Shown here piece after piece: positions 38,799 to 48,063 of a DNA stretch of 63,709 nt. Numbering within the stretch: position 1 is the first letter of the stretch; the number at the start of each line of letters is the position of its first letter. The stretch is from Gloeobacterales cyanobacterium (lineage in GTDB: Bacteria > Cyanobacteriota > Cyanobacteriia > Gloeobacterales > PMM-0068): NCBI GenBank assembly GCA_049582005.1, contig JBAUTB010000142.1, positions 1-63,709 of the forward strand, read 5' to 3'. The translations under genes were made by a program, and so were the position numbers. The notes below the pieces were generated by a model. The model had not been told where the DNA came from. It saw only the letters and a program-made list of their open reading frames with translations, and searched no databases.

Positions 38799-39643
38799 TG
38801 GCTAAAAAACGTTTAGCAGACCTGCTCAGGCAAGAGGCTGAAAAATCTCCAGAAGTCAGCTCTCCCATCCCCGATGAACCAGACCTTCCACAACCGTCTA
38901 TGGAAGCAGAGGAGAAAACACCTATGACCACACCCACACCCCCCAAACGCACAACCCTAACAAAAGCTGATCTAGAAGCAAAGGTGACCGAATTGCAAAC
39001 AGAAATTGATAGTCAGAAAGCGCAGATAGAGCAGCTCCAAGCTTCTCCCTCCCAAATCGGTCAGCCCCAGACCGAAGAGCAGACAGAAAAAGAACTTCTG
39101 CTCCAACAACAGGTAGCTGATTTACAGGCAGAAGTAGGACACCAGAAAGCCCACATCCAACAGCTCCAGACTTATCTAGACCAGACGAGCCAGCTCAAAA
39201 CCGAACTGGAGCGTGTCAAAGAAGAGTTGGAAACGTTTAAGCAACAAAAAACTATTTTGCCCAAGGTCTTTCATCGCCCCACCAACGAAGAGCTGCACGC
39301 CCTTGCCCAAGCTAAAGCAGAGCGTGAAACCGTGAAAAAGCCACTCCTTCCTAAAGCTAGGATCTACCATCGCCCTACCGACGAGGAACTAAAAGCTTTT
39401 GCCCAGGCTAAAGCAGAGGGTGAAGCCGTGAATAAGCCAATCCTTCCTAAAGCCAGGGTCTTTCACAGTCCCACCGACGAAGAAATGGAAGCCATGGCCC
39501 AGGCTAAAACAGAGGGTGAAGCCGTGAAAAAGCCAATTCTTCCTAAAGCTAGAGTCTTTCACAGTCCCACCGAGGAAGAAATGGAAGCCATGGCCTCAAG
39601 CTCCAGAGCGACTTCTGACCAGGATATTGGCTGGTTTGATTAG
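38798..39643 (+). CDS. ParA partner protein: basic N-terminus, Gln-rich coiled coil, 32-aa tandem repeats, C-terminal Trp (McdB-like)
   Basis: The start overlaps the ParA stop (TAATG). The N-terminus is MAKKRLADLLRQ. A Gln-rich heptad region (QKAQIEQLQ...LLLQQQVADLQAEVGHQKAHIQQLQ) is followed by about 3.6 copies of PILPKARVFHSPTDEEMEAMAQAKTEGEAVKK. The protein ends in DIGWFD. Confidence 0.55.
   Translation: MAKKRLADLLRQEAEKSPEVSSPIPDEPDLPQPSMEAEEKTPMTTPTPPKRTTLTKADLEAKVTELQTEIDSQKAQIEQLQASPSQIGQPQTEEQTEKELLLQQQVADLQAEVGHQKAHIQQLQTYLDQTSQLKTELERVKEELETFKQQKTILPKVFHRPTNEELHALAQAKAERETVKKPLLPKARIYHRPTDEELKAFAQAKAEGEAVNKPILPKARVFHSPTDEEMEAMAQAKTEGEAVKKPILPKARVFHSPTEEEMEAMASSSRATSDQDIGWFD
39251..39595 (+). 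repeat. In-frame tandem repeat, period 96 bp (first copy 90 bp), about 3.6 copies
   Basis: Unit starts fall at about 39251, 39341, 39437 and 39533 (CCAMTYCTTCCTAAAGCYAGR...). Spacing is exactly 96 nt between the last three. Confidence 0.85.
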
Positions 39644-40464
39644 GAGAGGTGTAAAGACTGGACGAATGGCTGAAACTTTGGAACGAGATCGGCCCGACTG
39701 GCAACTAGGGTTGGATAGTCTTTGTGTCCGTAGTCTACGCCTGCCAGCAGCGGAAACAGGGGTTTGGATTCTAGGGGAACCCAGACTGCCCCGGCAGCTT
39801 GGACAATTACCCATGCCCCAGCAATATCCCAAATCTTAGGGGTGGCCTCTACTCCGCCTAGCGTAGCTCCCATGGCCACCATCAGGAAGTTATAGGCCGC
39901 ACTGCCCAAGAGCCGAGCCTTACAAGGGAAACCAGGTCGCCACACATGGAGACTACGGGCACAAAAACTAAAAAAGTGATTGGCTGTGATTTCATCGGGA
40001 CTGGCATGAATAACTTGGTTGTTGAGAAAGGCGACTTGCGGACAGTCTCCTGGGGCCTGCCAAAAGCCATGAAAAGCTTGGCCCAAGGGGGGCATATAGA
40101 CATAGCCGAAGACAGGGGTGCCCTGATAGAGCAAACCAAGGGAAATACCCCAAATTGGAATTCCTCGGGTAAAGTTGGTTGTGCCATCCAAAGGGTCAAT
40201 CACCCAGCACCAGTCTTTGTCGGGGAAAACCTGTTCATTTTCTTCGGTCAATAAACCGTGGTCAGGAAAAGCAGCGTTAATTTGCTCTCGGAGATAACGG
40301 TCTGCCCATTGGTCCGACTGAGTAACCAGGCTACCATCGGCCTTTTGGGAAGCTTGAACCTTACCAAAATCAGCCAAAAGTTGCTGTCCTGCCTGCCGGG
40401 TGATGGCGAGGGAACAGGCTAGAATCTGCGGCCAGAACTCTTCCGTTTTATCAGGTGCCATCAT
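39640..40464 (-). CDS. Inositol monophosphatase family protein
   Basis: Contains LTEENE and WVIDPLDGTTNF metal-binding motifs. It is convergent with the partner gene above and overlaps it by 4 nt. Confidence 0.85.
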   Translation of the reverse strand: MMAPDKTEEFWPQILACSLAITRQAGQQLLADFGKVQASQKADGSLVTQSDQWADRYLREQINAAFPDHGLLTEENEQVFPDKDWCWVIDPLDGTTNFTRGIPIWGISLGLLYQGTPVFGYVYMPPLGQAFHGFWQAPGDCPQVAFLNNQVIHASPDEITANHFFSFCARSLHVWRPGFPCKARLLGSAAYNFLMVAMGATLGGVEATPKIWDIAGAWVIVQAAGAVWVPLESKPLFPLLAGVDYGHKDYPTLVASRADLVPKFQPFVQSLHLS

Positions 40465-40555
40465 TATTTAAAGATTACTATGCACCTCCAGATATACCGC
40501 AGGACGAAGGCTTAACTAGGCGAATCCAGATGATCTAAAAGGGCGCATCGGATGG

Positions 40556-41689
40556 CTATGCATGCACCATGAGATATTGACCGTTCCCATTGTATTCACC
40601 ATCACAGGTGGCAAAGTTGGTTCCTAGCCAGAGCAGATAAAATCTCCAAATCCGGCGAAATTTAGCATAGTCCATGCCATAGTCGAGATTTTTAACCATA
40701 TCCTGGTGGGCATCAAAATTGTCTAACCAGGTCATGAAGGTTTTGTGGTAGTTGATACCATTCAAATACCACCGCTGGGTGGTTTTCAGGTCTTTATTAT
40801 GGTTGGGAACGGCATCGTAATTCCAGTAGCGACCGTGGGGGAAGATATATTGATGGGTAAAAGGACTTGAAATATTGTTTGGGGTGCGAACCGTGATGAT
40901 GTGGATGAAAACCGTACCCTTTTCCTTCAAGAAAGAGGCCAGTTTGCGGAATGACTGGGTTAAGTTTCCAACATGGCAGAAGACACCAACCGAGAGGATT
41001 TTGTCAAACTTCTCTTCAAACTGAGCATCATTCAAATCGCCTTCATGCAAGGTGAACCTGCCTGAACTTAAGTAGCTTTCAGGGTCTTGCATTTTTTTAC
41101 GCATGTACTCACATTGGTAATGGCTTAAATTCAACCCCGTAAACCGGACATTGGGAAATTTGGAAAGGATATAGTTCGGCACACAACCCCAACCACACCC
41201 AAAATCTAGAATGTTATCGCCATCCTGGATATTCATTTTTTCAATCATGTCATCAATCATATGCATTTGAGATTCTTCCAGATTGGCGGCTCCTTTCTCC
41301 CATAAACCCATGCTGTATTTAGGATAGATGACCTTCCAATCTCCTAACATCGGGTTCAACATTTCCTGAGGAAGATCATATTGAATCTTCATCAGTTCCC
41401 TCGAGCTGTCTGCCAGGTGATCCGATTCTTTTAGTACCCACTCATAGGGTGCTAATAGAGATGGGAAATGCTTGAAGAATATAGGCATACAGGTATTAAA
41501 AAGTTGGATCAGGGCATCATCAGGAATTTCCAACCCATTAATATAAGATTCTGCCACGGCCATTTGTACTGCATTAACGACCGAAACAACTCCACGGGTT
41601 GTTTGGTATGCAATCGGATCTTTTATATTGATATCCCCAATCAGAGGGATATACTTTTCAAAATCTTGAAATACTGGAGTAGACGTCAT
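40556..41689 (-). CDS. SAM-dependent methyltransferase of the cyclopropane-fatty-acyl-phospholipid/mycolic acid synthase (CMAS) family
   Basis: IQYDLPQEMLNPMLG, ILDFGCGWGC (SAM motif I), TGLNLSHYQCEYM and ILSVGVFCHVG are collinear with CMAS-family blocks. The gene is AT-rich. Confidence 0.8.
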   Translation of the reverse strand: MTSTPVFQDFEKYIPLIGDINIKDPIAYQTTRGVVSVVNAVQMAVAESYINGLEIPDDALIQLFNTCMPIFFKHFPSLLAPYEWVLKESDHLADSSRELMKIQYDLPQEMLNPMLGDWKVIYPKYSMGLWEKGAANLEESQMHMIDDMIEKMNIQDGDNILDFGCGWGCVPNYILSKFPNVRFTGLNLSHYQCEYMRKKMQDPESYLSSGRFTLHEGDLNDAQFEEKFDKILSVGVFCHVGNLTQSFRKLASFLKEKGTVFIHIITVRTPNNISSPFTHQYIFPHGRYWNYDAVPNHNKDLKTTQRWYLNGINYHKTFMTWLDNFDAHQDMVKNLDYGMDYAKFRRIWRFYLLWLGTNFATCDGEYNGNGQYLMVHA

Positions 41690-41804
41690 GATCAGCCTCC
41701 TGATTAGGATTGAATAATCAGCTTCAGAGTTTTATCATAATCTCATAGAATAATGGAAATAATAATCTCGACCCAGACTCAGCGTGGTTTATTCACATAA
41801 GTTC

Positions 41805-42923
41805 ATGAACATTATTGAAAATCAACTTCTGATTCATCAGGCGGAATACGCAAAAAAATTGCGTCCACTGCTGCCTTCTGAGGCCTTTATGCCCGATCGA
41901 AGCAAGGTAGTGATTTTGTTAATTAATCTAACAATTCTGCTGCTTGGTTGGGGGATTGCTTCGCATCTTGATCGCTGGCCTATAGCTCTTTTGTGGCTCT
42001 ATTTGCCCGTGACATTAATTATGGGAAACAGTGTGATTGCTTTACTATTTAGCTCCCATGATTTGATGCATACAGGGATTATTAAAAATCCTTATTGGCT
42101 AAGGATAGTCAGTCTATTAGGGTTAACGATGCTATGGATGCCACCAACGCTATGGAAGAACGTTCATAATCGGGTTCATCATCTTCAAACAAATGCGCTT
42201 GGGGATCCTGACCGCAATTTTTTGTACCAGCAACCCAATACGTGGGGAAAGTGGATTCAAAACCTGTTTGTGCCCTCCCAAACGATTCATCCATTCTGGT
42301 TACTGCTTGGGCTAATGAATTCCTGGGGAATTTATGTATTTCGCAATCTAACTTCAGTCTTGTTATTCAACAGTGAAGATGTAAACTATGTACCTGCAGC
42401 CTTTAAGGTGCGTCCGGAAGAGCGAAGGGAAATTGCCGTAGAATTTCTCATTATTTTTATGCTCCATATAAGCATTCTTGCATATCTACAATTCAACTTA
42501 CTCAAACTAGCACTTAGCTACTTTTTACCGATTGCCATTGGTTATGCAGGTATTATTTTTTATGTTTATACCAACCACATGTTGAGCCCTATGACCAGTA
42601 TAAATGATCCTTTGGCAAATAGTATTTCAATTAAAGTTCCCAAACTGTTTGATCTGCTACATCTGAACTTTTCCTATCACGCTGAACATCATATTTTTCC
42701 TGGAATGAACTCTGACTACTATCCCATCGTACAGAACTTGATCAAGATACACTATCCTGAGCGTTCTCATTACATCCTGGGGGCCAGAGAAGCTTGGTGG
42801 TTGCTGCTAAACACTCCCCGCCATTACAAGAATGAAACCACGCTCACTGATTGGACAGGTGAAGCATCTGTCCCTTGTCGGTTAAATGAAAGCTGTGCAA
42901 TTTTGAAGAAAGATCTTCGATGA
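41805..42923 (+). CDS. Membrane fatty-acid-desaturase-family protein (three His boxes)
   Basis: Contains HDLMH, HNRVHH and HAEHH boxes and multiple TM helices. I chose the ATG at 41805. The gene is AT-rich and divergent from the methyltransferase. Confidence 0.75.
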   Translation: MNIIENQLLIHQAEYAKKLRPLLPSEAFMPDRSKVVILLINLTILLLGWGIASHLDRWPIALLWLYLPVTLIMGNSVIALLFSSHDLMHTGIIKNPYWLRIVSLLGLTMLWMPPTLWKNVHNRVHHLQTNALGDPDRNFLYQQPNTWGKWIQNLFVPSQTIHPFWLLLGLMNSWGIYVFRNLTSVLLFNSEDVNYVPAAFKVRPEERREIAVEFLIIFMLHISILAYLQFNLLKLALSYFLPIAIGYAGIIFYVYTNHMLSPMTSINDPLANSISIKVPKLFDLLHLNFSYHAEHHIFPGMNSDYYPIVQNLIKIHYPERSHYILGAREAWWLLLNTPRHYKNETTLTDWTGEASVPCRLNESCAILKKDLR

Positions 42924-43148
42924 TTAGCGTGAATCTACGTCCAGATTAGTATCCTTGGGTACGAGTAGATGCGCTCATGGCTGCGGTTGATCTTGGTCAG
43001 ATTTGAGAGGGATAGACCAAGCCCATTGCGGATTCTATAGATAGAATTCGTCGTCGAGACCCATCACAAACTAAACATCAGGAGGCAGCATCCTCAGCAC
43101 ACTCCTCCGTTCATAGGCCAGCGTGCAGCCGGAATGAAGATCGTTTTA

Positions 43149-43709
43149 CTAGCTCTTGCTGCCTATCAACAGGGCTCGGTCCACCTCATCCGTCTCTTTC
43201 AAAAAGACCTTGACCTGTTCATGACGGGCGGTAGGAACCTCTTTGCCGCAATAATCAGGATGAATAGGTAATTCCCGATGGCCTCGGTCAATCAAGACCA
43301 AAAGCCGAATCGAAGTCGGTCGCCCATAATCATTCAACGCATCTAAGGCAGCCCGAATGGTGCGCCCTTTGTAAAGCACATCATCCACCAGGACTACTTT
43401 TTTGTCTTGGAGGTCCACAGGGAGTTGGGTCCGCTCAGGCGTTCTCACCCCAATCTTTCGTAAATCATCCCGATATAGGGTCACATCCAAAGCTCCCACC
43501 GGAGGAGCGACTCCCTCTTGTTCTTCTAGCAAACGGGCTAGACGGTGGGCCAGGGGAACACCTCGGGTGTAAATGCCGATCAGGACTAGATCTTGAATGC
43601 CATCCTGGTCTTCCAAAACCTGGAGGGCCAATCTGCGTAGGGTCCGTTCTAGTTCTTCCGCCGAGAAAAGCTCTACGGAAGCCGTAGCGGTCTGCGGTTC
43701 AGGGGTCAT
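43149..43709 (-). CDS. pyrR: Bifunctional pyrimidine regulatory protein / uracil phosphoribosyltransferase
   Basis: LIGIYTRGVPLA, the PRPP motif VVLVDDVLYKGRTIRAAL and LLVLIDRGHRELPI are present. Confidence 0.9.
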   Translation of the reverse strand: MTPEPQTATASVELFSAEELERTLRRLALQVLEDQDGIQDLVLIGIYTRGVPLAHRLARLLEEQEGVAPPVGALDVTLYRDDLRKIGVRTPERTQLPVDLQDKKVVLVDDVLYKGRTIRAALDALNDYGRPTSIRLLVLIDRGHRELPIHPDYCGKEVPTARHEQVKVFLKETDEVDRALLIGSKS

Positions 43710-43769
43710 GATTGCCCTTAGCTGGGCTCCAATTCTAACAAGAACGCCGGAGTGCTGTGAAATAGCGCG

Positions 43770-44696
43770 TTAGCGATTGCGATGCTGGAGGGTATGTAAC
43801 GCATTGCGGCGTAGTCCTTTGGCCTTAACCCGACGCAGGGCCATTCCTCTGCTCCATGCGTCAAAGGTGTCATCATCCATCGTGGCTAGGGCTTCTAAGC
43901 TGGAAGTGAGAACCCCTTCCCTGGGCAGAAAATCGGTAGGAATCTCCTTAGCCGACAGTTTTTGATTATAAGGACAGACACTTTGACAAAGGTCACAACC
44001 GACCACCCAATCCATCAAAGGAAGGTCTGAAGGGAGGGTTTCGCTGCGGTTTTCAATGGTGTGATAGGCGATACAGTGATTACTATCGAGGACTCCAGGC
44101 TGGGGAAAGGCGCGGGTCGGACAACTATCCAAACAGCGGGTGCAGGTGCCGCAATGGGCTGTGGTCGGGGTATCTGCTTCTAGGGGCAAGGTAGTCAGCA
44201 CCACCCCAAGAAAGACATAGGAACCAAAATCTCGGCTCAAAAGCAACGTATTCTTCCCGAGCCACCCCAATCCTGCACGCTCGGCCCATGCTTTTTCTAA
44301 AATCGGTCCGGTGTCCACATACCAACGATGTTGATGGTCTGGAGTTTCCTCATGGAGCCAACGACTTAGAGCTTTCAGTTTCTCCCCCAGGACCTTGTGA
44401 TAGTCACGCCCCCAAGCATAGCGCGAAATTTTGGCTGTTCCGCTGGAGACTGTATCTTCTGTGTAGTAGGAAACTGCAGTCACAATCACCGACTGCACTC
44501 CAGGCAAAACTTGCTGAATATTTTGACGACGAGGGTCTTCCATCCAGGTCATATCAGCCTGATAGCCCTGCTCTAGCCAGTGTGCCAGGTTCTCTGTACG
44601 CGTCAAGGGAACCCGTGCATCCGCAATCCCCACTTGGTGAAATCCCAAACTATGGGCTTTTTCTTTGATGACGAGGGAATCTAACATTGCATCCAT
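43770..44696 (-). CDS. queG: Epoxyqueuosine reductase
   Basis: Contains CGTCTRCLDSCPT and CDLCQSVCPYN (two 4Fe-4S motifs), plus the N-terminus LGFHQVGIA. Confidence 0.88.
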   Translation of the reverse strand: MDAMLDSLVIKEKAHSLGFHQVGIADARVPLTRTENLAHWLEQGYQADMTWMEDPRRQNIQQVLPGVQSVIVTAVSYYTEDTVSSGTAKISRYAWGRDYHKVLGEKLKALSRWLHEETPDHQHRWYVDTGPILEKAWAERAGLGWLGKNTLLLSRDFGSYVFLGVVLTTLPLEADTPTTAHCGTCTRCLDSCPTRAFPQPGVLDSNHCIAYHTIENRSETLPSDLPLMDWVVGCDLCQSVCPYNQKLSAKEIPTDFLPREGVLTSSLEALATMDDDTFDAWSRGMALRRVKAKGLRRNALHTLQHRNR

Positions 44697-44801
44697 TTAT
44701 GTATTACAGTCTCTTGTGCCAATCTCTAAGGGCAATGATTAACCTTGATGCGCGAGGCTAAGCAGGACTAAAGGAACAGCTATCCTCTGCTGACATTTCG
44801 A

Positions 44802-45998
44802 CTAGGCCGCTGGATTGGTTAGAGCCTCGGTGCGGACGGAGATAGGCGTGAGAGTTCCTTGACGATTTACGGTAAAAGCTAGGGTTTGTCCTGGTTTGGT
44901 CTTGTCGATGGCCGCTTGTACTTGATTTCCGTCAGTGACCGGGCTATCGCCTATTTTTACCACAACATCCCCAGGTCTTAGGCCTGCTTTTTGGGCAGGA
45001 GAATTGGGCAAGACCCCTTGGATCAAAACACCTGTCTGCGCACTCAGGGAAATTCCACGCTGTTGTAGCGCCTGAAGCACCTCAGGAGAGAGGGTGATCA
45101 TCTTCACCCCAACAAAAGCGCGAGCAACTTTGCCTTGCTGAATAAGCTGCGTACTGATGTCTTTTGCCAAGTCAATGGGAATGGCAAATCCTAAGCCTTG
45201 GGCTCCTTGAATAATCGCAGTATTGATACCAATGACCCGCCCTTGAATATCGATGAGCGGGCCGCCGGAGTTGCCTGGGTTAATGGCGGCATCGGTCTGA
45301 ATGAAATCCACCTTTCCATCCGCGATGCCCAGCCGAGCACTAGGACGACTCAGCGCGCTGACAATACCAGAAGTGACCGTATTTTCAAAACCTAAGGGGC
45401 TACCCAAGGCCACCACAAACTGACCAGGGCGTAAACTCTTCGACTCTCCCAACTGGACTGGGGGCAAAGGAGTAGGCGCATCGACTTTCACCACCGCCAC
45501 ATCTGTGACCTTATCTACCCCCAGCACCCGTCCTGGGAAAACTCGGTCATCGTTCAGCAACACTTGGACTGTTTGAGCATTGGCAACTACGTGGGCATTG
45601 GTAAGGATCGTGCCATCCGCGTTAATGATGAAACCGGAGCCTTCTCCTCGTTGAATTTGCTGGCGAGGAGTTACCCGTGCGCCAAAAAATTCTTCAATAT
45701 ATCGACGGTAGCGTTCATCTTGGGGCGTTTCTGGAACGACGCTCTCCACTTTAATGGACACAACACTGGGGCTCACTTTCTCCGCGGCGTCCGCAATGAA
45801 ATCGGTCCCTAACGTCCTGGTCACACTATTGCTAGGGGCCACAGAAGCAGAATCCTGGCGCTTGGTAACAGATTCTGCTTCGGGGAGTGCAGATTTCTCT
45901 GGGCTCGGGGGTTGAGGAATTTGCAAATTACTACAAGCGGTAAGGGCTACAAGACTAAGACCCAACAGAAAACGCCTATACAAAAGAGCTACCGTCAT
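44802..45998 (-). CDS. HtrA/DegP-family serine protease with one PDZ domain
   Basis: A lipoprotein-like signal (LTACS) is followed by TNAHV, D..VVKV and GNSGGPL (catalytic triad context). The C-terminal PDZ contains GLRPGDVV. Confidence 0.88.
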   Translation of the reverse strand: MTVALLYRRFLLGLSLVALTACSNLQIPQPPSPEKSALPEAESVTKRQDSASVAPSNSVTRTLGTDFIADAAEKVSPSVVSIKVESVVPETPQDERYRRYIEEFFGARVTPRQQIQRGEGSGFIINADGTILTNAHVVANAQTVQVLLNDDRVFPGRVLGVDKVTDVAVVKVDAPTPLPPVQLGESKSLRPGQFVVALGSPLGFENTVTSGIVSALSRPSARLGIADGKVDFIQTDAAINPGNSGGPLIDIQGRVIGINTAIIQGAQGLGFAIPIDLAKDISTQLIQQGKVARAFVGVKMITLSPEVLQALQQRGISLSAQTGVLIQGVLPNSPAQKAGLRPGDVVVKIGDSPVTDGNQVQAAIDKTKPGQTLAFTVNRQGTLTPISVRTEALTNPAA

Positions 45999-46070
45999 AA
46001 AGAATGTGGAGGATTTCTATTCCCAGCATAGTAAACAAAAGGTTCCCCATGCGGTTTATAACAAGCCAGG

Positions 46071-46631
46071 CTAGCGCCTGCGGAATACTTTGAGCCTTTT
46101 ACGTTGCCGCTTTACCGCAGAAACCAGCGTATCGGCGATGATATGGCTGATAGCGCCGAGTTCTAAGCCTAAAAGAATCCAGACTACAAACTTCCAGTCT
46201 CCGTGAGCCGTCTGTTTGGCCAGCGTCGGGTAGGTTGCTTCTGCGAAACGTCTAGACGGTTCCACTATTTCTTTGAATACAGGTACATCCCCATACTGCT
46301 GAACTGCATAGACCACCAATCCAGCCAACCCACAAAAAACAACGGTGAGATAGACCAAGCGCAGAAAAGTACCTACCAGAACGCCATGGGAAAGCCGAGA
46401 ACGATGGGGAACAAAACGACGGTAGGGCCACCAAATCCAACGCAATAAACCCCAACGCCGGACCTGAACCGAATGGATATCGAGGTCAGGACCGAACATT
46501 AAGCCACTAAAGAGATAACTGGCTCCGACTGCACTGGTTACATCCCAACGTCCACTGAGCCACCAGGTCCCCCCCAAGGTTAGAGGGAAGGTCCACCAGG
46601 TAATCCGGTCATGGGTGCGGCCACTGGGCAT
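46071..46631 (-). CDS. DUF2227-like putative metal-binding membrane protein
   Basis: The N-terminus MPSGRTHDRITWW and downstream His-containing segments resemble DUF2227. Confidence 0.55.
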   Translation of the reverse strand: MPSGRTHDRITWWTFPLTLGGTWWLSGRWDVTSAVGASYLFSGLMFGPDLDIHSVQVRRWGLLRWIWWPYRRFVPHRSRLSHGVLVGTFLRLVYLTVVFCGLAGLVVYAVQQYGDVPVFKEIVEPSRRFAEATYPTLAKQTAHGDWKFVVWILLGLELGAISHIIADTLVSAVKRQRKRLKVFRRR

Positions 46632-46659
46632 GAATTATAGTTGTGTATGTATATTCACA

Positions 46660-48063
46660 TTAAAAGGTATGGGTAACTTTTTCGTATAGGGCTTCATACT
46701 CTTTGGCCGATTTTTTCCAACTGAAATCCTTTTTCATAGCCCGCTGGATTAACTTATTCCAGGAGTCTTTGTGACGATAGCCTTCTTCTGCTTTGAAGAT
46801 GGTTGCCAGCAGAGAAGTACTGGCATACCAGTCAAATCCATACCCTGTACCCGTTTCATGTTCCGGATCATGGTAGGTTACCGTATCTTTCAGCCCGCCT
46901 GTGAACCGAACCAAAGGGATGCAGCCATAACGCAAAGCAATAATCTGACTCAGACCGCAGGGTTCAAAGTGACTGGGCATCAACAAGAGATCCCCCCCAG
47001 CGTAGGCTAATTGCGCAAGATCAGCACTGTAGCCCCTGTAGAAACAGAACCTGGCGGGATGGCGGCTGGCAATGGCCTGTAGTTGAGACTCATAGTGTGG
47101 GTCTCCCGAGCCTAAGAGAAAAAATTTACCCGAGCCAAAGGTTAGCCAAGTATCAAGAATCGGCAAAAGCAGGTCCAATCCTTTTTGTTCCACTAGGCGG
47201 GTGACCATCGTAAATAGGGGTCGGTCATATTCTTCCGAGACACTCCAACCACAGCGTTCCAGCAGTGCTTTTTTATTAGCCGCCTTGCCCTTGACCACGG
47301 TTTTAGCGTCGTACTGGACGGGAATATCTTTGTCTGTGGCAGGATTATAGGTTTCCATATCGATGCCATTGAGAATGCCGCGGAGTTTAAAACTTTGACT
47401 GCGCAAGAAGCCGTCTAGTCTTTCGCCATAGGTGGGCGTCTGAATTTCTTCGGCATAGGTGGGAGAGACGACGCTGATTGCTTGGGCCCACCAACAGCCG
47501 AGAGGCAGGAGTAAGACAGGGTTCGAGGGAGGGAATTGCCAACCATGCATCCCTACCCGGTCCAAGATCCCCCGGTCACACCAGCCCTGATAGGCAAGGT
47601 TATGAATCGTGACAATGGATTTGGTGTGGTGATTGCCCAGGCAATAGGAAAGCCAGGGAATAATCGCCGTATGCCAATCATGACAATGATATACATCCGG
47701 CGTCCAGTCAATCCGAGCCCATAGATCTATCGCCCCTCGACAAAACAGAATAAAACGTTCGGCATCATCCCGGTAGCCATACATATAGTCACGGGTGATG
47801 GAGGGATTATCCAACCAATAAAGGGGAACGGTAGGCGTTCCAGGCAAGGTTGTTTCATAGCAAGTAAAAGGCTGATCATGTCCCCAAGCCCACCAGTGCT
47901 GGATCGCATCTCCTGGAATCGGGGTGCTATGTAGACGGGGTGCAACAATGCGCACATCATGGCCCAGCGTGGCTAAAGCCTTGGGAAGTGAGCCGACGAC
48001 ATCTCCCATCCCTCCTACTTTTACAAAAGGAGCGACTTCACAGGCGACAAAAAGGATTTTCAT
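46660..48063 (-). CDS. glgA: Glycogen synthase (GT5)
   Basis: Contains MKILFVACEVAPFVKVGGMGDVVGSLPKAL (KxGGL-type motif) and PSHFEPCGLSQ. Confidence 0.92.
   Translation of the reverse strand: MKILFVACEVAPFVKVGGMGDVVGSLPKALATLGHDVRIVAPRLHSTPIPGDAIQHWWAWGHDQPFTCYETTLPGTPTVPLYWLDNPSITRDYMYGYRDDAERFILFCRGAIDLWARIDWTPDVYHCHDWHTAIIPWLSYCLGNHHTKSIVTIHNLAYQGWCDRGILDRVGMHGWQFPPSNPVLLLPLGCWWAQAISVVSPTYAEEIQTPTYGERLDGFLRSQSFKLRGILNGIDMETYNPATDKDIPVQYDAKTVVKGKAANKKALLERCGWSVSEEYDRPLFTMVTRLVEQKGLDLLLPILDTWLTFGSGKFFLLGSGDPHYESQLQAIASRHPARFCFYRGYSADLAQLAYAGGDLLLMPSHFEPCGLSQIIALRYGCIPLVRFTGGLKDTVTYHDPEHETGTGYGFDWYASTSLLATIFKAEEGYRHKDSWNKLIQRAMKKDFSWKKSAKEYEALYEKVTHTF

Noticed and set aside
39251-39595. The 96-bp tandem repeat read as a CRISPR array or minisatellite outside genes.
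   Set aside because: The copies are contiguous with no spacers, in frame, and inside a continuous ORF with coupled translation to ParA.
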